DNA of 64,000 nucleotides from Bacteroidota bacterium (GTDB lineage Bacteria; Bacteroidota; Ignavibacteria; Kapaibacteriales; UBA2268): NCBI GenBank assembly GCA_004322215.1, contig SCSM01000007.1, positions 192,071 to 256,070 of the forward strand, read 5' to 3'. Shown piece by piece: positions 50,687 to 60,610 of this stretch (position 1 is its first letter; each line of letters starts with the position of its first letter). The notes under the pieces were generated by a model. It saw only the letters and a program-made list of their open reading frames with translations, ran no database searches and was not told where the DNA came from. The position numbers and the translations under genes were made by a program.

Positions 50687-52387
50687 ATGAATTTCGAAGT
50701 ATCCGATTTAATTGATTACAAGCAATTCGAAGATTTAATTGCTGATTGCTTTAATGCAAAAGAAAGGACTAATACATACATAATTTTTGGCAGATCAGGT
50801 CAGGCACAAAAAGGTATAGATATTTATTCATCAGAAACAAAAACAGCAATTCAATGTAAATATATTTCTAGTGATATTGTTAATCAATATAAAAGTTGTA
50901 AAAATAGATTAGAAAAAGATATAAAAAATGAAGCTACTAATGCATCTAAATCAGGATTGGAAATAAAACATTTTATTCTAGTTTCAACTTTTAAACATGA
51001 TCTAGATATTATTAAAAAAGCCGAAAAAATTAAAATTGAAAATAATCTACCTTTTATATTATCATATATTGGATGGGAGGAAATCATTAAAATTGTTAAA
51101 CAAAATACACCAATACTTGATAGATATTTTCCACAAGTAATTGATGCTCTTGATTCCAGAGAACCCCCCAGAAAGTTAATTGATGCTATTGGATCTTATA
51201 AAAAATTTCCAAGTGATTATTGGTCTTTGATACCACAAATTCATGGAAATACAGTTAGTACAGAGTTAGTTCCAAAAAGGCTTGATTCACATTTTAAAGA
51301 ACCTATGATTTTTAATACGTTATTAAAATTTGATTCTGAAAATGAACAGTCATTTTTCTTAACTCAATATAATGATTTTATCAAAAAAGGGACTCCGTTT
51401 CAAATTGAAGGGAAATATATAGAAAATTTAAAAATACCCGAAAAACTTAAACCATATTTTCCAGAAAAAATTAATAAATTAATTTTTTCACCCTTAACAA
51501 ATATTATACCCCCATTAATAGTAAATTTTATATATAAAGATTTAGATGGAGTAATATATTCTTTAAATAAAATTCCATTAAGCATGGTGAGAAGAGGTAC
51601 TGATGAAATATTGTTATCATATAATGACACTAATAATCCTTTAAAAGTAAATTACCTTTATAATCCAATCCTACATAAAAGAAAAGTTGATATTAAAATT
51701 GATGTTAAAGGTCATAATATTAAAGCAGCCTATGATACTTTTAAATTTCTTATAAACCTTAATAAAGGTGGTGAATTTAAAATTATTTCCGATGAAATAG
51801 GTTTTGAGATTTTTAAAGATAATTATAAACCAAAAAAAGTTGCTAAAGGTAAACTTTGGTTTTTAGATTTTCTAAAATTATTATTATTTTTCCAACAAAC
51901 TTTCATAATCCAAATGAAAGTACCTTTGGAATTTAATGATTATGATTTCAATTATTTAAAAACAATTATTCATATTGTTAATAATGGATATGCTGAAGTT
52001 TTTTTCAGTAAGTTGGAATTAAATGTTACCATAGCATATGCAAAATATTTGGTTAACAATATGAAAGAAAACCAAGATTGTGGTTTCATTCACCACGAGG
52101 AAGGTATGATTCAGCTATTCAATACTAAATGTAATATTGGTAAAATAATGATTTTCTTTAGACCAATCAATATTGAAAAAAAGAGTAGAAATTCAATAAT
52201 AAAAAATAAAAATACTTCTAATGATAATAAAATTATTAAGTTAAAATTAGAATTCTTGAGAAAAGAACCTTCATATATGTTTTTGGAAAAATTTGTACCA
52301 AATGGGTATAGTTTTGATGAATCTTCATTAAAGGAGTATGTTCATAAACTTATCCAAGAAAAAAGTGAAAATAACAATGTGTGTTAA
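50687..52387 (+). CDS. Uncharacterised protein with N-terminal Mrr-like PD-(D/E)xK nuclease motif, R-M associated (candidate defense protein)
   Basis: 566 aa; FEDLIADCF..YIIFGRSGQAQKGIDIYSSETKTAIQCKYIS matches the Mrr_cat pattern (G-x-D hairpin then Q-x-K); remaining ~430 aa Lys/Asn/Ile-rich with no recognised motif, no P-loop; starts 8 nt after the MTase stop, same strand, same AT-rich composition. Confidence 0.5.
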   Translation: MNFEVSDLIDYKQFEDLIADCFNAKERTNTYIIFGRSGQAQKGIDIYSSETKTAIQCKYISSDIVNQYKSCKNRLEKDIKNEATNASKSGLEIKHFILVSTFKHDLDIIKKAEKIKIENNLPFILSYIGWEEIIKIVKQNTPILDRYFPQVIDALDSREPPRKLIDAIGSYKKFPSDYWSLIPQIHGNTVSTELVPKRLDSHFKEPMIFNTLLKFDSENEQSFFLTQYNDFIKKGTPFQIEGKYIENLKIPEKLKPYFPEKINKLIFSPLTNIIPPLIVNFIYKDLDGVIYSLNKIPLSMVRRGTDEILLSYNDTNNPLKVNYLYNPILHKRKVDIKIDVKGHNIKAAYDTFKFLINLNKGGEFKIISDEIGFEIFKDNYKPKKVAKGKLWFLDFLKLLLFFQQTFIIQMKVPLEFNDYDFNYLKTIIHIVNNGYAEVFFSKLELNVTIAYAKYLVNNMKENQDCGFIHHEEGMIQLFNTKCNIGKIMIFFRPINIEKKSRNSIIKNKNTSNDNKIIKLKLEFLRKEPSYMFLEKFVPNGYSFDESSLKEYVHKLIQEKSENNNVC

Positions 52388-52409
52388 AATAAAAAGTCTT
52401 GATTCAAAT

Positions 52410-55400
52410 ATGAAATTACTATACTTATTTATCGTAATAATATTAATTTTTTCATCCAATCTCCTCCACTCCCAGGACTCCTCCTGGCTTGTGGATGTAT
52501 CTCACGAAGCGGGATTAGACTCAACTCTCGGTACACGTATTCTGCTTGTGGATGTCAACAACGACAACTATCCCGATTTACTCTGGGGCAGCGGAAATAT
52601 CAATAAGAACCGCTATCATTTGTATTTGAATGTCCCGAATCCGGATTTAAATTCTGCTACAAAAAGAATTTTCATTGATTTCACGGACAGCTCGGGTATC
52701 AATTCAAACCGCAATCCCGGGAAGCAAGACAGGGTTGTGGATATTGCCGCACTTGCCGATGTAAACAATGACGGTAATGTTGACCTGGTAACAAGCATCT
52801 ATTATCACCGTCTGCAAATGTATCTCGACTCACTCGACCCCGGTGACAGGTCAGAGGTCTTATTGAATGACGGTACCGGACATTTCACACTTGTTCCAAA
52901 CAACGGACTTTATCAATACGGCTTAATCAACTCCACAGGACTTGCTTTCCTCGATTATGACCTTGACGGAAAAATTGATTTGTACATCAGCACATGGTTC
53001 TATGATTATCTCAATGAAATCAAACAGCCGGATGTCCTATTCAAAGGTAATGGCGACGGCTCATTTACTTTCATTCAAAATAGTGGTATTCAAAATGTTT
53101 GGGAACCAATGTATGGTGTGAATATTACCGACTGGAACAATGACGGCTGGCAAGACGTTATAACATCTGCATATTGTCGAAGCGGTGGTAGTCTTTTCAG
53201 AAATGACCATAACGGTACTTTCACAGATGTTGCACAGCTTTTTGGTTACACAGGACAATTTGTTGGTGGTGACCACGGCCAAAACCTCTGCCAGTGGGAA
53301 GCACAGTCAGGGGATTTCGACAATGACGGTGATATGGATTTACTCCAGGTTGAGGTTCATGGCGGCTATAATCCCGGTGAAGGCAGAACTCATATCTCGG
53401 TTAATCAAGGTCCAGACAGTGGATTTAAATATGTATGGGAATTGGATAGAATCAAACGTGATGCTCCTGTGGAGTCACACCTCGGCGACCAGGGTGGTCA
53501 GTGGCTCGATATTGACGGAGACGGATGGCATGATTTGGCTATTTGTCAGATGGGCTATGCCAGTGCAAACCTGCAGGGACAGGAACGTCTTTATATTTGC
53601 AAACAAAACAAAGAACATTATTTAGATGATATAACACAAGCACTCGGTTATTTCAATATGAAAGAGTGTCATTCTATTGAGCCGGCAGATTTCGATTTGG
53701 ACGGTGATGTTGACATTTTTGTCAGCAGGCAAATCAGGGATACAACGTATGTAGATTCATTAATAGACGGACAAACTCGGAAAGTTTTGGTGGAATCAAC
53801 TCACATGAAATTAATTTTATTAAGGAATGATATTGGCAATAAAAACAACTGGACTTCAATTAAACTTAAACAACCTCAAGGAGCTAATCAAAGTGGACTT
53901 GGTTCGAGAATTACTGTTTGTTCCAATGGAATAAATCAAATTTCAGAAATACAGGCAGGACTTGGTCATTTTTCAGGACAGCAGCCATTCATAAGAAACT
54001 TAGGACTCAGACAAAACAACAGGATTGATTCAATTATTGTACGTTGGTCCCTGAAGAATTCTCCGAATACAGTTGTTTATAATCCTCCCATGAATTTAAT
54101 TCTCGAAATTGATTCTATGGGCTTGTACAACTTTGTCAAACCCTGGCAGGGTAAAAAACCTTTAATTGCTTTTGAAGAAACATTGCTGAATTTTGACACT
54201 GTCAACACCGGTGAAAACAAACAACTAAGTTTCACATTAAAAAATATCGGCGATACAACAATGAATGTATCAAAAATGTATATTGACGATTCTGATTCAT
54301 CTGTTTATTCTGTTAATTTTCAATTAAACTTTTCACTTGGACCAGGTGAAACAAGAAAATTCAATGTTCATTTTTCACCAAAGTACAGGGCTGAGTATAA
54401 AGGAGTCGTGAAATTTGAATCCGATGCATACAATGCACCGGTCAAGGGATTTGATTTGAGCGGCGTCGGTTATCATGCAGAACCGCTTATAACTACAACT
54501 ACCGATGAACTGAGTTTCCCCGCTATTTGGATCGATTCCGTAAGAGTTTTACATTTTGGTATGCAAAACACAGGTGAATTGCCACTCTCTGTAAGTGATT
54601 TAAAAATAGAGAATGATACATTTGCTGTATTCACTTGCTTGAATTTGAATAAACAATTTATTATTCCTCCGGGAGGAAGCAGGGACGTTTCTGTTTCATT
54701 TGTACCAAAAGAATTAAAAGAATATTCAGCAGAATTGAGAATAATATCCAATGCATATAATTCTAACTCTTATGCTGTCAAACTCAATGGGAAATGCGAT
54801 GGACCTGCACCCGAAATCCGGTTTTCAACAAGTTCTGTTTTCTTCCTTAAAACCCAGGTTGGACAAACGCGTGTAAGAGATTTTGATATCTCAAATATAG
54901 GTAACAGTGATTTGATAATTAACAATATTTTTGTGGAAAATGATACTGCCGGAATATTCCCTATAACCGAAATGAATCTTCCAATGATTATTCCTCCTTC
55001 CGGTACTGATACCATTAAAATTGTTTTTGCACCAAAAGAAGCAGTTACATATAACATGAAATTAATCATCCAATCGAATTCTGTGATTAATAGTTCTGAT
55101 ACTCTGTCAATAAGAGGAAGTGGCAGTGCTGTTAATGTTGATGATGATTTAAGAATTAATAATGCATTATTAAATGTATCTATCGCACCAAATCCTATTA
55201 AAGATGAGGCAACAATATTGATATTAATTTTGGATGATGATAAGAACCTTCCTGTTAACATTTTTCTTAATGACTTGACTGGTAGAATTGTTGCCAATTA
55301 TCCAGTAGGAGCACTAACGAATGGAGAACATAAAATAAAATTACCTTTGTCATCTATCGTTTCAGGAATATATTTTCTTACAGTTCAAAGAGGTGAAAAC

Positions 55401-55433
55401 AGATTAATTCAGTTGCTCATTGTAATAAAATAG
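52410..55433 (+). CDS. Secreted FG-GAP/ASPIC-UnbV (CRTAC1-like) repeat protein with Ig-like domains and T9SS C-terminal sorting domain
   Basis: Start set at internal Met (MKLLYLFIVIILIFSS signal peptide) rather than track start 52338, which overlaps the upstream gene; VDVNNDNYPDL / DFDNDGDMDL FG-GAP Ca-binding repeats; UnbV_ASPIC block ..LGSRITVCSNGINQISEIQAGLGHFSGQQ..; C-terminal ..APNPIKDEATILI..SGIYFLTVQRGENRLIQLLIVIK T9SS CTD. Confidence 0.7.
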   Translation: MKLLYLFIVIILIFSSNLLHSQDSSWLVDVSHEAGLDSTLGTRILLVDVNNDNYPDLLWGSGNINKNRYHLYLNVPNPDLNSATKRIFIDFTDSSGINSNRNPGKQDRVVDIAALADVNNDGNVDLVTSIYYHRLQMYLDSLDPGDRSEVLLNDGTGHFTLVPNNGLYQYGLINSTGLAFLDYDLDGKIDLYISTWFYDYLNEIKQPDVLFKGNGDGSFTFIQNSGIQNVWEPMYGVNITDWNNDGWQDVITSAYCRSGGSLFRNDHNGTFTDVAQLFGYTGQFVGGDHGQNLCQWEAQSGDFDNDGDMDLLQVEVHGGYNPGEGRTHISVNQGPDSGFKYVWELDRIKRDAPVESHLGDQGGQWLDIDGDGWHDLAICQMGYASANLQGQERLYICKQNKEHYLDDITQALGYFNMKECHSIEPADFDLDGDVDIFVSRQIRDTTYVDSLIDGQTRKVLVESTHMKLILLRNDIGNKNNWTSIKLKQPQGANQSGLGSRITVCSNGINQISEIQAGLGHFSGQQPFIRNLGLRQNNRIDSIIVRWSLKNSPNTVVYNPPMNLILEIDSMGLYNFVKPWQGKKPLIAFEETLLNFDTVNTGENKQLSFTLKNIGDTTMNVSKMYIDDSDSSVYSVNFQLNFSLGPGETRKFNVHFSPKYRAEYKGVVKFESDAYNAPVKGFDLSGVGYHAEPLITTTTDELSFPAIWIDSVRVLHFGMQNTGELPLSVSDLKIENDTFAVFTCLNLNKQFIIPPGGSRDVSVSFVPKELKEYSAELRIISNAYNSNSYAVKLNGKCDGPAPEIRFSTSSVFFLKTQVGQTRVRDFDISNIGNSDLIINNIFVENDTAGIFPITEMNLPMIIPPSGTDTIKIVFAPKEAVTYNMKLIIQSNSVINSSDTLSIRGSGSAVNVDDDLRINNALLNVSIAPNPIKDEATILILILDDDKNLPVNIFLNDLTGRIVANYPVGALTNGEHKIKLPLSSIVSGIYFLTVQRGENRLIQLLIVIK

Positions 55434-55508
55434 AAAAATCAGGTGTTATTGTTTCTCCAATTCACCAAATTTTATGATATTTAGTGATTCAATTCACCGA
55501 ATTTAATT

Positions 55509-55536
55509 AAAAATGGTGAATATATTCACCATTTTT
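55509..55536. terminator. Bidirectional Rho-independent terminator (perfect 28-bp palindrome)
   Basis: AAAAATGGTGAATATATTCACCATTTTT: GC-containing stem flanked by an A-run and a T-run, between convergent T9SS-cargo gene and prfB. Confidence 0.75.
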
Positions 55537-55554
55537 TATACATTTTAGTGGATA

Positions 55555-56650
55555 CTACTCTCCTAGTAACAGATATGCTTTAATAAAATCATCCAGGTCA
55601 CCGTCCATCACTGAATTGATGTCAGTTCTCTTCATTTCGGAACGATGGTCGTTAACCATAGTGTATGGCTGAAATACATAAGAACGTATCTGGCTCCCCC
55701 ATTCAATTCTTTTCTTAGTGCCTTCAACTGCGGCTTTAGCAGCTTCTTCTTCTTCTCTTCTTTTTTGGTACAATCTTGATTTCAGCATTTTCATTGCATT
55801 TTCTCTGTTTTGAAACTGAGAGCGCTCCTGTTGACAAGAAACGACAATACCTGACGGAATATGCCTTAGCCGTACTGCTGTTTCTACTTTATTCACATTC
55901 TGCCCACCTTTACCACCTGAACGAAAAGTATCCATCTCGACATCAACAGGATTAATCTCAATATCAACATTATCATCAATAACAGGATATACAAAAACCG
56001 ATGCAAAAGATGTATGCCGTCTTGCATTTGAATCGAATGGGGAAATTCTTACTAATCTGTGAACACCATTCTCTGCTTTAAGATAACCATAAGCATATTT
56101 CCCGTTCACTTCTATAGTCGCTGATTTTAGTCCTGCACCATCACCTTCGAGTTCATCAACAAGATATACTTTGTAATTGTGACGCTCAGCCCAGCGTGTG
56201 TACATCCTCAATAGCATTTCTGCCCAATCCTGTGCTTCTGTACCACCAGCACCTGAGTGAATTGTAAGAATTGCATCTCTTTCGTCATCATCACCTGAAA
56301 GAATATTCCTTATTTCAAGTTCTGAAAGATGTTTTTCCACTTCTGATATTTCATTGTTTACTTCAGTTTCCATTGATTCATCTTTTGCTTCTTCGGCAAG
56401 TTCGATTAGTGCCTGCAAATCCTGTAGTAATGCCTGAGTTTCATTCCAGATATTAATCCATTCCTTCAGTTCGGAAATTCTTTGCATCACCTTCTGGGCT
56501 TCTGAAGGTTCATTCCAAAGGTTTTGGTCTTGCGATAATTTTTCTTTTTCGGTTAGTTCTAAGGTCTTGCCTTCGATGTCAAAGGAACCTCCTGAGCTGG
56601 GCGGTTCGGTCATTCAGTTCATTCAGTTTTTCTCTTTGTGGTTCAAACAT
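55555..56650 (-). CDS. prfB: Peptide chain release factor 2, with programmed +1 ribosomal frameshift
   Basis: Frame 0 from ATG 56650: [23 protein letters not shown] then TGA; the site reads AGGAGG-TTC-CTT-TGA-C (56578..56584 = CTTTGAC), the canonical RF2 autoregulatory shift site with internal SD; +1 frame continues [14 protein letters not shown]... to 55555 with SPF and GGQ motifs. Confidence 0.85.
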
Positions 56651-56898
56651 TTAATAATCCAAAATAATTTGTAAACATTCTGTGTGTATTATCGTTTATG
56701 TTGTGAAAAAATTATTTATTTATTGATGAATTAATACTACTCTGTCTGAAAAAGTTTTGTTATTGTTATGTTTTTCACAGTAATATATTCATAAAATCTA
56801 ATCAAGACAAATATTTATTAAATTATTCCGTCAAAGAATGTAGGAATGAAAATTGATATAAGAAATTATTAGAATGTTGAATTTAAAAAGAAAATAAA

Positions 56899-59493
56899 AT
56901 GGAAGGAAATTTTTCGAATAGAGTAAACGATGTCATTCGTTTAAGCAGGGAAGAAGCTCTTCGGCTTGGTCACGATTATATAGGCACCGAACATCTTCTT
57001 CTCGGTATAATAAGAGAAGGCGAAGGAATCGCCGTAAAAATCCTCAAGAATCTTGGCGTTGATTTATATAAACTGAAAAAAGCTATCGAAGATTCAGTCA
57101 GAACTTCAAGCTCAACTATTACAATCGGTAATATACCATTGACAAAATTGACTGAAAAAGTTCTGAAAATAACCTATCTCGAAGCTAAACTATATAAATC
57201 AGATGTTATTGGAACTGAACATTTACTGCTCTCGATGCTTCGCGACGATGAAAACATCGCTGCACAATTACTGTCTCAGTTCAATGTTCGATACGATGAT
57301 GTCCGCAGAGAACTCGACAATATCATAACAGGCAGACCAAGTTCGCAGCCGAGACCTGCTTACGGTTCGGCTAAACCAAAAACACAGCAGAGAGAATCAA
57401 TAAAAACTCCTGTTCTCGACAATTTCAGTCGCGACCTTACGAAACTTGCTCTCGAAAACAAACTCGACCCTGTTGTCGGTAGAACGAGAGAAATTGAAAG
57501 AGTAACCCAGGTAATTTGCCGCAGGAAGAAAAATAATCCTGTTCTGATTGGCGACCCGGGTGTAGGTAAAACAGCTATTGTCGAGGGCTTGGCACTCCGA
57601 ATTATCAGTAGAAATGTGCCTCGTCTATTATTCGATAAGAGAATTGTATCTCTTGACCTCGCTTCACTCGTAGCAGGTACTAAATACAGAGGTCAATTCG
57701 AAGAAAGAATGAAAGCTATAATGAATGAGCTTGAAAAAGCAACTGATGTAATCCTGTTCATTGATGAATTGCATACCTTAGTCGGAGCAGGTGGTGCTTC
57801 CGGTTCACTCGATGCATCTAATATGTTCAAACCGGCTTTGTCGCGTGGTGAAATTCAATGTATCGGTGCTACCACACTCGATGAGTACAGGCAATACATA
57901 GAGAAAGACGGTGCTTTGGACAGGCGTTTCCAGAAAATTATCGTTGACCCGCCGACTGCGGAAGAAACTGTTACTATACTTAATAACATTAAAGACAGGT
58001 ACGAAGAACATCATAACGTAAGATTTACAAACAATGCAATTGATGCCTGTGTACGGCTCTCAGAGCGATATATCACTGACAGACATTTCCCTGATAAGGC
58101 AATTGATGTTATGGATGAAGCAGGTGCAAAAGTCCACTTACTAAATCTTGATGTTCCAAAAGAAATATTAACTCTTGAAGAAAAAATTGAAGAAATAAAA
58201 GTACAGAAAAATCTCGTAGTCAAGCATCAGAATTTCGAAGAAGCTGCTCGATTAAGAGATTTGGAAAAAAGAGTTCAAACTGAACTCGAGCTTGCGAAAA
58301 CAAGCTGGGAGAAAAATGCAAGTAAAACTTACTTCCCTGTTAAAGAAGATGATATTTCAGACATCGTTGCCATGATGACCGGTATTCCTGTTAATAGGAT
58401 TGCTGAAAGTGAATCTGACAAACTGAAAAATCTTCCTGCTTTACTTAAAGGTCATGTCGTCGGTCAGGATGATGCAATTGAATTGCTGACAAAGGCAATC
58501 CGAAGAGCCAGAGCCGGTTTGAAAGACCCCAAGCGTCCAATCGGTTCATTTATGTTCCTCGGACCGACAGGTGTAGGTAAAACAGAATTGGCAAAAGCTT
58601 TGGCAAGGGTAATGTTCGATACAGAAGAAGCCCTCATCAGGATTGATATGAGTGAGTATATGGAGAAATTTTCAGTATCGAGATTTGTCGGAGCTCCTCC
58701 GGGATATGTCGGTTACGAAGAAGGCGGTCAGCTTACTGAGAAAGTAAGGCGAAAACCCTACTCGATCATATTACTGGATGAAATTGAAAAAGCACATCCT
58801 GATGTATTCAACATCCTACTCCAGGTATTCGATGACGGTACTTTAACCGACGGCCTTGGCAGAAAAGTTGATTTCAAAAATACGATTATCATAATGACAT
58901 CAAATGTCGGAACTCGCGATATCAAGCTCGGCGGAAGAATCGGCTTTACAGAGCAAACTCCCAAAGATGAAAATGAACACGTGAAATCAACAATCGAGGA
59001 ATCAATCAAGAGATTGTTCAATCCCGAGTTTATCAATAGGATTGATGATTTTATCATATTCCAAAAACTTCAGAGGGAGCATATATATTCAATAATTGAC
59101 ATACAAATGGCATTGCTGAAAGACCGCCTGAAAATCAACGGTATGACAATCGAAATGACAGATAAAGCAAAAGACTTCCTCGTTGAAAAGGGCTTCGATG
59201 ATAAATTCGGTGCAAGACCTTTGAAGCGTACTCTTCAGAAATATGTCGAAGACGAACTTGCAGAATTAATGCTCGTCGGTAACCTTAAACTGGGAACGAG
59301 AATAATCGCTGATAAAATCGAAGAAGAGGAAAAATTGAAGTTCGAAATGATTGAAGGCGAAATCATCAAAACCGAAGAAATTATTCCGCAACTCACTCCC
59401 GACAAACTCGGAGAAGACACAGAGCACCTCGGTCTGAAGGGCGAAATGATTTCCGATGAACTCGGTGGTGGTTCCACAGAACTGACAAATTAA
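56899..59493 (+). CDS. clpC: ATP-dependent Clp protease ATP-binding subunit ClpC
   Basis: 864 aa; two Clp_N repeats, two AAA+ modules ([18 protein letters not shown]), UVR-like motif between them ([13 protein letters not shown]), IGF ClpP-binding loop (GGRIGF). Confidence 0.85.
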   Translation: MEGNFSNRVNDVIRLSREEALRLGHDYIGTEHLLLGIIREGEGIAVKILKNLGVDLYKLKKAIEDSVRTSSSTITIGNIPLTKLTEKVLKITYLEAKLYKSDVIGTEHLLLSMLRDDENIAAQLLSQFNVRYDDVRRELDNIITGRPSSQPRPAYGSAKPKTQQRESIKTPVLDNFSRDLTKLALENKLDPVVGRTREIERVTQVICRRKKNNPVLIGDPGVGKTAIVEGLALRIISRNVPRLLFDKRIVSLDLASLVAGTKYRGQFEERMKAIMNELEKATDVILFIDELHTLVGAGGASGSLDASNMFKPALSRGEIQCIGATTLDEYRQYIEKDGALDRRFQKIIVDPPTAEETVTILNNIKDRYEEHHNVRFTNNAIDACVRLSERYITDRHFPDKAIDVMDEAGAKVHLLNLDVPKEILTLEEKIEEIKVQKNLVVKHQNFEEAARLRDLEKRVQTELELAKTSWEKNASKTYFPVKEDDISDIVAMMTGIPVNRIAESESDKLKNLPALLKGHVVGQDDAIELLTKAIRRARAGLKDPKRPIGSFMFLGPTGVGKTELAKALARVMFDTEEALIRIDMSEYMEKFSVSRFVGAPPGYVGYEEGGQLTEKVRRKPYSIILLDEIEKAHPDVFNILLQVFDDGTLTDGLGRKVDFKNTIIIMTSNVGTRDIKLGGRIGFTEQTPKDENEHVKSTIEESIKRLFNPEFINRIDDFIIFQKLQREHIYSIIDIQMALLKDRLKINGMTIEMTDKAKDFLVEKGFDDKFGARPLKRTLQKYVEDELAELMLVGNLKLGTRIIADKIEEEEKLKFEMIEGEIIKTEEIIPQLTPDKLGEDTEHLGLKGEMISDELGGGSTELTN

Positions 59494-59502
59494 AATTAAA
59501 AA

Positions 59503-59536
59503 CCCTGAATCCCCCTTTCCTAAAGGGGATTCAGGG
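59503..59536 (+). terminator. Terminator-like hairpin after clpC
   Basis: CCCTGAATCCCC-ctttcctaaa-GGGGATTCAGGG, 12-bp perfect stem 10 nt after the stop, followed by a moderately U-rich tail. Confidence 0.55.
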
Positions 59537-59643
59537 GGATTATTCAATAAAATTTACCATATATTCCACTTCACGGAATTAATACTTAAATTTTAATTTT
59601 CTAATTTAATAATAATAATAAATAAATATTTTCGTTACTAAAA

Positions 59644-59862
59644 TTGAAGTTAAACTATTATAACTATTCAATGCAATACAAAATTAAAATAAAGAAAAAC
59701 GAGGAAGGCTACGCTGTATGGTGCGAAGACCTGCCTGGTTGTGCCTCACAGGGTGATACTGAAGAAGAAGCAATGACAAATATAAAAGACGCTATCGAAG
59801 AATATCTCGCTGTAAAAAACGAATTAATCAAAGATGAAAAATTAGTATTGATTGAAGTATAA
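59644..59862 (+). CDS. hicB: HicB-family antitoxin (UPF0150)
   Basis: 72 aa (true start possibly internal Met at 59671); ..NEEGYAVWCEDLPGCASQGDTEEEAMTNIKDAIEEYL.. typical HicB N-domain; 3 nt upstream of hicA. Confidence 0.7.
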   Translation: MKLNYYNYSMQYKIKIKKNEEGYAVWCEDLPGCASQGDTEEEAMTNIKDAIEEYLAVKNELIKDEKLVLIEV

Positions 59863-59865
59863 TTC

Positions 59866-60078
59866 ATGCCAAAATTACAAGGTATTGATCATCAGCGTGC
59901 AATCAATGCTTTTGAAAAAGCCGGATTTTGGATTGCAAGACAAGGCAAACATATCACAATGACTGATGGTGAACATGTTATAACCATACCAAGAAGTAAT
60001 CCGATAAATGCTTATACCATGGGGGCAATAATCAAAGGTTCTGGCTTAACAATTGAAGAATATAAAAAATTAATTTAG
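59866..60078 (+). CDS. hicA: HicA-family mRNA interferase toxin (YcfA-like)
   Basis: 70 aa; MPKLQGIDHQRAINAFEKAGFWIARQGKHITMTDGEHVITIPRS..GAIIKGSGLTIEEYKKLI matches HicA topology including the His in the G-x-H region. Confidence 0.75.
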   Translation: MPKLQGIDHQRAINAFEKAGFWIARQGKHITMTDGEHVITIPRSNPINAYTMGAIIKGSGLTIEEYKKLI

Positions 60079-60219
60079 AAAATATTCATACCTAATTTTG
60101 CACAATTCCATACCATAAAACCCACATCAATTCCCCTTCCTCGAAGAAGGGCAAGGTTGTAGTGTAACGGAAATCCCGATTCATCGGGAGAGTGAGGTAA
60201 ATAAATTCAAAATTTATTA

Positions 60220-60462
60220 TCATGCAAATTCATATTGATTAAATTTAAGTAGCTTCTCCACAGTGCTTTGGGTTTCAGGCAGACTTTTATGATTTGTCAA
60301 ATACTCATCTATCCAATATTCAGAAACTATCTCAAGTTCATTCAAACATTCCATTTGGCTTTCTCCTTGTGCTATACAGCCGGGAAAAGATATTATTTCA
60401 GCAACATATCCACCTTCTTCAGCAGGATAAATTAAAATCGGATATTTCATTTTATTCCTCAT
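60220..60462 (-). CDS. hicB: HicB-family antitoxin (second copy)
   Basis: 80 aa (likely start at second Met MKYPILIYPAEEGGYVAEIISFPGCIAQGESQMECLNELEIVSEYWIDEYL). Confidence 0.7.
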   Translation of the reverse strand: MRNKMKYPILIYPAEEGGYVAEIISFPGCIAQGESQMECLNELEIVSEYWIDEYLTNHKSLPETQSTVEKLLKFNQYEFA

Positions 60463-60584
60463 ATCTTTTTTCTTATTCTCTTTAAGATGGATCCATCTTC
60501 AATTAGCAGATTTCTCAAATCATTGAATCTGACATTTTTAGGATTATTCTTTATCTTTTCAAATAATTTCGAATATTTTGTCAT
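60459..60584 (-). pseudogene. hicA: Truncated hicA toxin remnant (41 codons), lacks catalytic GSHH region
   Basis: Minus-strand ORF MTKYSKLFEKIKNNPKNVRFNDLRNLLIEDGSILKRIRKKI* aligns with the HicA N-terminus (..LLEEDGWYLVRVRGSHH..) but stops exactly where the G-S-H-H motif should begin; its TGA overlaps the hicB ATG (ATGA). Confidence 0.5.
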
Positions 60585-60610
60585 TACAATTATTCGATTG
60601 CTATTTTAAA

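Noticed and set aside
52338-52409. Track start of the FG-GAP/T9SS gene at 52338 (MFINLSKKKVKITMCVKIKSLDSNM...)
   Set aside because: Overlaps the 3' end of the upstream island gene by 50 nt and precedes the signal peptide; internal Met at 52410 (MKLLYLFIVIILIF) is the more plausible start.
60079-60219. Two short hairpins (CCCTTC..GAAGGG; CCCGAT..ATCGGG) between convergent hicA and second hicB, considered as riboswitch/sRNA
   Set aside because: Stems of 5-6 bp with imperfect pairing, no recognisable riboswitch consensus; most simply weak convergent terminators.
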